A stretch of DNA of 64,000 nucleotides, from the IMG/VR virus record IMGVR_UViG_3300033064_001806, positions 1-64,000 of that record, one strand, 5' to 3'. Shown here one piece after another: positions 57,434 to 64,000 of the stretch (its first letter is position 1; each line of letters starts with the position of its first letter). This stretch comes from a virus. Under the pieces are notes generated by a model. The model was not told the DNA's origin and did no database searches. It was given only the letters and a program-made list of their open reading frames with translations. The position numbers and the translations under genes were made by a program.

Positions 57434-59287
57434 ATGAATATTAGCAATAGAATTCTTTCTGAGATAACAGTATATATGAAATATGCTCGTTACTTACCAG
57501 AAGTAAATAGAAGAGAAACTTGGACGGAGTTAGTAACAAGAAACAAAGAAATGCACCAACGTAAATACCCTAAACTAGTAGATGAAATTGAAAATGTCTA
57601 TAAGTTTGTTTATGATAAAAAAGTACTTCCATCTATGCGTTCTTTACAATTTGGTGGTAAGCCCATTGAAATTTCACCAAATAGAATTTACAACTGTGCG
57701 TATTTACCAATTGATGATTGGCGCGCATTTGCTGAAGTAATGTTTCTTTTACTTGGCGGTACAGGTGTAGGTTATTCAGTTCAAAAGCACCATGTAGAAC
57801 AACTTCCTCCTATTCATAAACCAAAATCTAAAGAACGTCGTTATCTTATTGGTGATTCAATTGAAGGTTGGGCTGATGCGATAAAGGCACTTCTAAAGTC
57901 TTATTTCACAGGCGGTTCATCTATTCGCTTTGATTATTCAGATATTCGTCAGAAAGGTGCTCGTTTAATTACAAGTGGTGGTAAAGCACCTGGTCCTGAA
58001 CCACTTAAAATTTGTATTGAAAAAATTCGTGCTATTCTTGATTTGAAAGGCGATGGTGAACAACTCTCACCAATTGAAGTACATGATATAGTTTGCCATA
58101 TTGCAGACGCAGTTCTTGCAGGTGGTATTCGTCGTGCTGCTCTCATTTCTCTTTTCTCCGCAGATGATGACGATATGATTTCGTGTAAGTTTGGAAACTG
58201 GTGGGAATTAGATCCACAACGTGGTAGAGCAAATAATTCTGCCGTTCTTCTTCGTAGTAAAGTATCTGAAGAATTCTTCAAATCACTTTGGAAGAAAATA
58301 GAATTATCTAATGCAGGTGAACCTGGTATTTATCTTTCAAACGATAAAGATTGGGGCACGAACCCCTGTTGTGAAATTGCACTTCGTCCTTTCCAATTTT
58401 GTAACCTTTGTGAAGTAAATGTATCAGATGTTGTTGACCAAGAAGATTTAGAAGCAAGAGTACGTGCTGCTACATTCATTGGTACACTTCAAGCGGGTTA
58501 TACAGACTTCCATTATCTTCGCCCTATTTGGCAAAGAACTACCGAGAAAGACGCATTACTTGGAATTGGTATGACAGGTATTGGTTCTGGTAAAGTAACG
58601 AAACTGGATTTGAAAGCAGCCGCTAAAGTATCAAGAGAGGAAAATGAAAGAGTTGCTTCCATACTTGATATTAATAAATCTGCTCGTACAACAACAATTA
58701 AACCAGCAGGTACATCATCTTTAACTCTTGGGTGTTCATCTGGTATTCATGCATGGCACAATGATTTTTATTTACGTAGAGTGCGTGTTGGAAAGAATGA
58801 AGCAATTTATTCTTATCTTGCAATCAATCATCCAGAGTTGGTTGAGGATGAATACTTCAGACCACATGATACTGCTGTGATTGGTGTTCCACAAAAGGCA
58901 CCAGAGGGGTCGATTCTTCGTAGTGAATCACCATTGCAATTATTAGAAAGAGTAAAATTGTTTAATCAACAATGGATAAAACCAGGACATAGAACTGGTA
59001 TGAACACTCATAATATTTCCGCAACAGTTAGTATCAGAGAAAATGAATGGCCTGCGGTAGGTCAATGGCTTTGGGATAATCGGGAACATTACAATGGACT
59101 TTCTGTATTGCCACATGACGGAGGATCTTATATCCAGAGCCCATTTCAGGATATTACAAAAGAAGAATACGAACGATTGATGGAAACACTACACGATGTT
59201 GATTTATCAAAGATTGTAGAAATGGATGATAATACTGATTTGTCTAATGAATTAGCTTGTGCAGGTGGTGCATGTGAGATAAAATAA
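57434..59287 (+). CDS. nrdJ: Class II (adenosylcobalamin-dependent) ribonucleotide reductase
   Basis: PSMR.LQ, YNCAY, GTGVGYSV, GG.RR.ALI, NPCCEI..Q.CNL.E, T.KPAGT, C-terminal CAGGACEI; no R2 gene adjacent. Confidence 0.9.
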   Translation: MNISNRILSEITVYMKYARYLPEVNRRETWTELVTRNKEMHQRKYPKLVDEIENVYKFVYDKKVLPSMRSLQFGGKPIEISPNRIYNCAYLPIDDWRAFAEVMFLLLGGTGVGYSVQKHHVEQLPPIHKPKSKERRYLIGDSIEGWADAIKALLKSYFTGGSSIRFDYSDIRQKGARLITSGGKAPGPEPLKICIEKIRAILDLKGDGEQLSPIEVHDIVCHIADAVLAGGIRRAALISLFSADDDDMISCKFGNWWELDPQRGRANNSAVLLRSKVSEEFFKSLWKKIELSNAGEPGIYLSNDKDWGTNPCCEIALRPFQFCNLCEVNVSDVVDQEDLEARVRAATFIGTLQAGYTDFHYLRPIWQRTTEKDALLGIGMTGIGSGKVTKLDLKAAAKVSREENERVASILDINKSARTTTIKPAGTSSLTLGCSSGIHAWHNDFYLRRVRVGKNEAIYSYLAINHPELVEDEYFRPHDTAVIGVPQKAPEGSILRSESPLQLLERVKLFNQQWIKPGHRTGMNTHNISATVSIRENEWPAVGQWLWDNREHYNGLSVLPHDGGSYIQSPFQDITKEEYERLMETLHDVDLSKIVEMDDNTDLSNELACAGGACEIK

Positions 59288-59329
59288 TTTTATATAGTTA
59301 TTGTATATGTAAACATCACAGTAATTAAT

Positions 59330-59701
59330 ATGGAGAATATAGTGAGAGATTTAGTTAATGAAGGCAGAGAACTGCAAAATAGAGTAACAAGTAAATTTTC
59401 AAAGATGGTAAAAGAAGCCGCTCAAGAAGAAGTTTCTTCACCAATAAGAAATCTTGTGAATAAAATGGAAAAATTTACAGATAATAATCAACATACCGAT
59501 ACATTGAGTGAATTGGCAAAACATTTAAAATCAAAAAAACATCAACTTTTGTTGCAAGCAATTGATGATATTCATGAAGTAGAAGGTTCTCTACCAAGTG
59601 AAATTAGTAAATATAGAGATCGTATATACAATGAATTGACAGCACTCGCTAAAAAAAGTATGAATGCTAAAGAGTATTCTGCTATTATGGGTTCGATGTA
59701 A
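59330..59701 (+). CDS. Hypothetical helical protein (paralog of 60579..60932)
   Basis: LVNEG/VKEA leader; EL.K....KK....L.A...I...E shared with the paralog. Confidence 0.6.
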   Translation: MENIVRDLVNEGRELQNRVTSKFSKMVKEAAQEEVSSPIRNLVNKMEKFTDNNQHTDTLSELAKHLKSKKHQLLLQAIDDIHEVEGSLPSEISKYRDRIYNELTALAKKSMNAKEYSAIMGSM

Positions 59702-59753
59702 ATTAAATAGTTAAAGGTGTTATAGTTCTTTGGAATAATGAAGGAGTATAGTT

Positions 59754-60026
59754 ATGGATATTACATCATTTTTTATGGGTATATGTGCAGTTACAGTTTT
59801 AACGGCAGTTGCAGTTGTAGTTGTGGGTATGTTCAGAATTAGTAAATTAAACAAAGAACTAAATAATTTAGTTAGAAACCAAGATACGATGGATAGAATT
59901 ATTGTTGATAATGAAAGAGAAATCAGAAGAACAATAGATTCCAGAATTGACAGTTTCGGTTCAAAGATTGAAAAAGAAATAAAATTCATACATGAAAGAA
60001 TTGATGGATTGAATAAAGTAAAATAA
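59754..60026 (+). CDS. Small single-TM coiled-coil protein
   Basis: Hydrophobic N-terminus FFMGICAVTVLTAVAVVVVGMF; AAGGAG SD. Confidence 0.7.
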   Translation: MDITSFFMGICAVTVLTAVAVVVVGMFRISKLNKELNNLVRNQDTMDRIIVDNEREIRRTIDSRIDSFGSKIEKEIKFIHERIDGLNKVK

Positions 60027-60092
60027 ATAATAATTTTTAAAATGAATTCATAGAACTATAACACACATTTTTTATAAGTTAGGAGACTTGTT

Positions 60093-60272
60093 ATGAATAA
60101 ACAAGAATTATTTGAACAGATTTCAAATTTGTTCAATGAGTTTGTGGCAGCACACAACTCAACAAAAAAGAAAGACGCTGCAATTGCTCGTAAAGCAGCA
60201 GGTGGAATTAAGAAATTAGTTACACCTTATAACCAAGCGTCTGTGACGGAAGCTAAGGTAGCAAAGCAATAA
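60093..60272 (+). CDS. Histone H1-like (Hc1-family) small basic protein; not in ORF track
   Basis: MNKQELFEQISNLFNEFVAAHNSTKKKDAAIARKAAGGIKKLVTPYNQASVTEAKVAKQ; K.A..ARKA...IKKL.......S pattern; AGGAG SD. Confidence 0.65.
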   Translation: MNKQELFEQISNLFNEFVAAHNSTKKKDAAIARKAAGGIKKLVTPYNQASVTEAKVAKQ

Positions 60273-60302
60273 AAAAGGGTGATGGAAACATCACCCTTTT
60301 TT
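60271..60302 (+). terminator. Intrinsic, probably bidirectional terminator
   Basis: AAAAAAGGGTGATG-gaaa-CATCACCCTTTTTT. Confidence 0.9.
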
Positions 60303-60369
60303 ATTTATCCCATATTTATATTTACAATAGTATTTTTCACATCAAGGCAAATATAAATGGGATGGCGTA

Positions 60370-60576
60370 ATGTCAGTAAAAAAACCAAGAGAATACAGAA
60401 GTGTATTGGCAAAAATATGTTTAGTACTTGGGACATTCTTCAATCCTCTTGGATTCGATGCGGCTTTTGCTTTAATGATGAAATTTACAGGGAGCTACAT
60501 ACTTACCGATATTATATTTTATTCGGTAGCTCTATTATTTTTTGGACTTTATTTTATCTTATCTCGTAGGAGTTAA
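60370..60576 (+). CDS. Small membrane protein
   Basis: Two hydrophobic helices around FFNPLGFDA. Confidence 0.6.
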   Translation: MSVKKPREYRSVLAKICLVLGTFFNPLGFDAAFALMMKFTGSYILTDIIFYSVALLFFGLYFILSRRS

Positions 60577-60578
60577 AA

Positions 60579-60932
60579 ATGAACATATCATCAAGAAAAC
60601 AACTGTTAGCAGAAGCAGGTGATGTATTAAAAAAGATTCGTGAAGAAGTTGAAGGCCTCGATAAAAAAGTAGAAACTTCTGTTAAAAAAATAATTAAGTT
60701 CTGTGAAGAAGATAAAGACATGGTATCAGGACTTCTTGAACTTGCAAAATTAGTTGGTGATAAAAAATACCAAAAAGTATTAGAAGCGGTAAAAGAAATT
60801 GTAAAAGCAGAAGAAGGCTCACACTATTTCATCGATCAATATATAACAGAAATTAAAAGTATATTATTATCTGCTGCAAAAGAACAATTTAGCTCACAAG
60901 AGTTTGGTGTAATATATTCTGCAATCGGCTAA
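60579..60932 (+). CDS. Hypothetical helical protein (paralog of 59330..59701)
   Basis: LLAEA/IREE leader; AGGAG SD. Confidence 0.6.
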   Translation: MNISSRKQLLAEAGDVLKKIREEVEGLDKKVETSVKKIIKFCEEDKDMVSGLLELAKLVGDKKYQKVLEAVKEIVKAEEGSHYFIDQYITEIKSILLSAAKEQFSSQEFGVIYSAIG

Positions 60933-60955
60933 TTCAAATTCAATTATAGGTAGTT

Positions 60956-63655
60956 ATGAGAAGAAACATTACATACTTAAATGGTGTTACTGTTCAACAA
61001 GAAGATTTAGTACAAGATAAAAATGGTGCTATTATTTGGAATGGGATTGAATACGGTAATCCTGTTTTCTCTGGTATGCAAGCACTCAATGGAAATGGAG
61101 ATATTGTAGATGTTTATAATATAACTTTATCTTTCTGTGAAAATACAAGATGGAAAGAAGTTGATAGAGAATTTACCAAAGATGTTTTGAAATATAGACC
61201 AGTTGGATTTTATAAATATAGATTAAAATTTACATACGATAGAGAAACTGCAAGAATACGCGGCACTTCTCAAAATGTAATAGTTGAAGATTTCACAAAA
61301 GAAACTTCAAAAATATATAAAATCATGATAATAGATAACTATCGTCAATTACCGTTGGAAGAAGGAGTTCATTATACTATTGCACCAAATGGTTATGTTT
61401 GGTTTTTAGGTACTTGGCCATATCCTGAATTGAAAATAATGATTGATTGGCTTGATACCACTACAAACGAAACAAAGACCACAGAATATATAACCAATAC
61501 GATAATAGATAATGGTTATAGTGGAGCAGCAGAAAAAAGAAGTAATGTGTTTACTATTACACAAAGTGGACAATCCGTTCTGTTTAGTGAGAACTTAAAT
61601 TTTGTTGCAAGTCTTTATTCAACTCCTGGTATAAATTCAATAATTGCATCCAATCCACTTGGTATGTGGAGAGAACCACTTATATACACTATAAATGGTG
61701 GTGAGTGTTATGTGGAAGTGGGTATTGATGGTTCATTAAAATATTTAGATTCCAATAAAATAGAAACAACAGCAGAAGAAATACGGAAAAAAAGTTTATA
61801 TCGTAATCCATTTGGCACTGGATTAGATTTAACACACAAGAGTGTAAGGGAATTTGAAACTGGTGAAAACATTTCTGGTAAACCTGCAATTGGCTTATTT
61901 CAGATAGTAGAGCCGTACATTCCAGGATTAAATTTTAATATTAAAAACAAGAATTTAGCAGCAACATCTGGCATAAGAACAGTTGATGTACAACCAAAAG
62001 GTCTTGCTTTCAGAACATATTTTCCAATACCAGTAAATACACCAGACGCACCACTTCAAGTTGGTATGAGAATGTTCGTAGATAATAGAAGGATAGAAGC
62101 TGTTCCATATAGAAGGTGCTTTGAAGGACTTAGAACTGAGTATAGTTTGAATGAAGAATTCATTGTTTATTTTGAAAAGGAAGAGCCTTGTTTTTCTGAC
62201 TCAGCAGGAGCACCTGCAATGCAATTTTCTTCTAGTATTGAATTAGAAGAAGGTGTAGTTATTGATTGGGAAGGGCAAACAGTCAACAAAGAGTTACCAG
62301 ATTGTGAATGTTTACGAGTTAGAGTTATAAGAGAACCATATGAAGAGCAAAGAACAGACTGTGGATGTAGACAAGTAACACGTTCTGACATTTATGAAAT
62401 TTGTCCAGAATCAACACCACCTGCTATTTATGCTGATTATGAATCAAGAATAAGAACAGATGGTTCTACTATTTTTACAGTTCCACCAACTGGACTTACT
62501 CCGATAGTTTCAAGAGTAGAAAGAATTGAAAAATGTAAAGATAAACCATTGTTTGAAAGAACGGATTTTACTTACCATAAAATTCCAGATAGTGATATTA
62601 TAATTGGAAACATACAAAGTGTAATCGGTGGAATGTTTAGTGCAGAAGAATCAGTTGATTGCTATGTTACTAATTCAATTCAAACTGGTTCCAATGATTA
62701 TTATTATAATATTACTGGCTGTAATACGTGTGGTAGTAGTTCTTATTTTACCGTTTCTTACGGTCATTCCGAAGGTTCTGGCTCAACATATGATTCACAA
62801 TATGAATATAAATCACCAACAAAAGTAATATACAGTAAGTATAGATTAACGGCACTTGAATCACCAGAAACAAATTTTAGTTTTTATTATACAGGAAGTA
62901 TAGAAACACCAAAGGATATTTATAGTATAAATTTTTATCGTGAATCATACGGTGATAGAATAGATCCAGGTAATTTTGAAATATCATTACAAGAACTAAA
63001 TGGAACTGCTTATCCAAATATGTATTATACTGGTAGTAATGTTCAACCAAGTTCTTCAAATAAGATTATAAGTTTAGTAGATAATTCAGAATATATAAAT
63101 GAATCAAATTGCGAAGAAGATCCGTATGCTTCCTATGATTTAGTAAGTGGTTCATTGATTCGTGGAATTTACAATACAGGTACAGGTAGTATTACTACAA
63201 ATACACAATACACAACATACGGTAAAGTTTATCCAACCCTTGGTTTAATTGTATTAAATGGTAACAGATTGAATGGAGAAGTATCATTCAATAGTGTGAG
63301 TGGTAGTAACATAGATGGCGATAATTCATTAAAGATATTTACCGCAATAAGTGGTGCTGCTTCGCTTGGTTATTCAATAAGAGCTAGAAAAGTAAAAGAA
63401 CGAGGTGTATCACATTATATAGTTAGAGTACCTGCATCAGAAGCAACCTATACAAATAACCCAAGTGCCATAAATTCAATTGGTAGATTAAAATACGATT
63501 GTATGTCTGAGCAACCAATAACGTATGTTACAACCGTTGGTTTATATAATGATGATAAAGATTTAATAGCAGTTGCTAAATTTAATAAGCCTATAAAGAA
63601 AGAACACGATGATGATTTATTTATAAAAATAAAGATGGCTAAGCAAGATATATAA
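60956..63655 (+). CDS. Large virion structural-type protein (baseplate/collar-like C-terminus)
   Basis: RIDPGNFE, YG.VYP..G.IVL, TY.TTVGLYND..DL.AVAK...P..K C-terminal motif. Confidence 0.55.
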   Translation: MRRNITYLNGVTVQQEDLVQDKNGAIIWNGIEYGNPVFSGMQALNGNGDIVDVYNITLSFCENTRWKEVDREFTKDVLKYRPVGFYKYRLKFTYDRETARIRGTSQNVIVEDFTKETSKIYKIMIIDNYRQLPLEEGVHYTIAPNGYVWFLGTWPYPELKIMIDWLDTTTNETKTTEYITNTIIDNGYSGAAEKRSNVFTITQSGQSVLFSENLNFVASLYSTPGINSIIASNPLGMWREPLIYTINGGECYVEVGIDGSLKYLDSNKIETTAEEIRKKSLYRNPFGTGLDLTHKSVREFETGENISGKPAIGLFQIVEPYIPGLNFNIKNKNLAATSGIRTVDVQPKGLAFRTYFPIPVNTPDAPLQVGMRMFVDNRRIEAVPYRRCFEGLRTEYSLNEEFIVYFEKEEPCFSDSAGAPAMQFSSSIELEEGVVIDWEGQTVNKELPDCECLRVRVIREPYEEQRTDCGCRQVTRSDIYEICPESTPPAIYADYESRIRTDGSTIFTVPPTGLTPIVSRVERIEKCKDKPLFERTDFTYHKIPDSDIIIGNIQSVIGGMFSAEESVDCYVTNSIQTGSNDYYYNITGCNTCGSSSYFTVSYGHSEGSGSTYDSQYEYKSPTKVIYSKYRLTALESPETNFSFYYTGSIETPKDIYSINFYRESYGDRIDPGNFEISLQELNGTAYPNMYYTGSNVQPSSSNKIISLVDNSEYINESNCEEDPYASYDLVSGSLIRGIYNTGTGSITTNTQYTTYGKVYPTLGLIVLNGNRLNGEVSFNSVSGSNIDGDNSLKIFTAISGAASLGYSIRARKVKERGVSHYIVRVPASEATYTNNPSAINSIGRLKYDCMSEQPITYVTTVGLYNDDKDLIAVAKFNKPIKKEHDDDLFIKIKMAKQDI

Positions 63656-63676
63656 TGGTATCTGAAATATTTTTCG

Positions 63677-63724
63677 TATATTTGTATAAATAATAGATTT
63701 TCAACCCGTGACAATTTGTCACGG
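63677..63724 (+). promoter_or_regulatory. TAnnTTTG -7 box and downstream palindrome before thioredoxin
   Basis: TATATTTG 63677-63684; CCGTGACAA-t-TTGTCACGG 63706-63724; no clear -33 box. Confidence 0.45.
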
Positions 63725-63758
63725 TTTCACTACCATCTATTTTCATTTAAGGACGAAC

Positions 63759-64000
63759 ATGATTACCATTAAACATTACACAGCCTCTTGGTGTATGCCA
63801 TGTAAACAACTTAAACCCATTATGAGTGAAATCTTACTTAAACGTCCAAATGTCAATTATAAACTTATTGATGTGGACAATAATCCAGATGAAGCATCGA
63901 TGCATGGTGTTCGTGGAGTTCCTACTGTAATATTTATGAAAGATGGGGTTGAAGTAAATAGAATTATTGGTTTGGTTTCTAAAACAAATTACGAAATGGC
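63759..64000 (+). CDS. trxA: Thioredoxin (3' truncated by window); not in ORF track
   Basis: MITIKHYTASWCMPCKQLKP...IDVD......HGVRGVPT..F.KDG. Confidence 0.92.
   Translation, partial: MITIKHYTASWCMPCKQLKPIMSEILLKRPNVNYKLIDVDNNPDEASMHGVRGVPTVIFMKDGVEVNRIIGLVSKTNYEM

Larger units (their letters stand above)
4042..60319 (+). promoter_or_regulatory. Recurrent intergenic ATAnTTAT motif, putative phage late promoter (about 22 copies)
   Basis: Copies at 4042, 8839, 11533, 13444, 18069, 20941, 22071, 24010 (CTATTTAT), 28108, 28458, 30996, 31555, 31846, 32985, 37452, 45152, 49483, 49923, 57246, 57361, 59294, 60312. Confidence 0.7.

Noticed and set aside
9920-59287. Introns, inteins or homing endonucleases in terminase, UvsX, helicase or RNR
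   Set aside because: All are contiguous and of normal length, with no splice-junction, LAGLIDADG or HNH motifs seen
1624-63714. All minus-strand ORFs and short nested plus-strand ORFs in the track
   Set aside because: They are shadows of well-supported + strand genes, with no recognisable motifs and antisense-type composition
1-64000. Stop-codon reassignment (alternative genetic code)
   Set aside because: Core genes are full length under code 11 and end in TAA, TAG (terminase, MCP) or TGA (portal)

Overview
AT-rich 64-kb segment of a large T4-like myovirus (probably a jumbo phage); every credible gene is on the + strand. Two TTTG-N20-TAnnTTTG promoters, a phage-encoded ribosomal protein bS21 and an Hc1-like protein point to a Bacteroidota/FCB host. 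Gene order: RCC1-repeat protein with a glycosyl/methyltransferase cluster; head module (terminase, portal, prohead protease, bS21, scaffold, major capsid); PhoH; neck, sheath, tube, chaperone, tape measure, a 2545-aa repeat protein and baseplate; a divergent PolA; SSB, UvsX, 5'-3' exonuclease and helicase; class II RNR; thioredoxin. The best candidate for an undescribed system is a dispersed set of probable capsid-packaged cargo polyproteins. They carry helical leaders and [ILV]-x-E prohead-protease-type sites separating enzyme domains: two ADP-ribosyltransferases, two ParB/Srx domains, a zincin, an alpha/beta hydrolase and membrane helices. One ART domain is flanked by a perfect in-frame 30-bp direct repeat encoding the putative cleavage linker, suggesting cassette exchange at the linkers. 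Other notable signals: about 22 copies of an ATAnTTAT putative late-promoter motif, three embedded in terminator-like hairpins; a +1/-2 frameshift candidate in the tail chaperone; an ATG-less FeoA gene; and a gene bracketed by a long-range inverted repeat. All calls come from reading motifs by eye; no searches were run.
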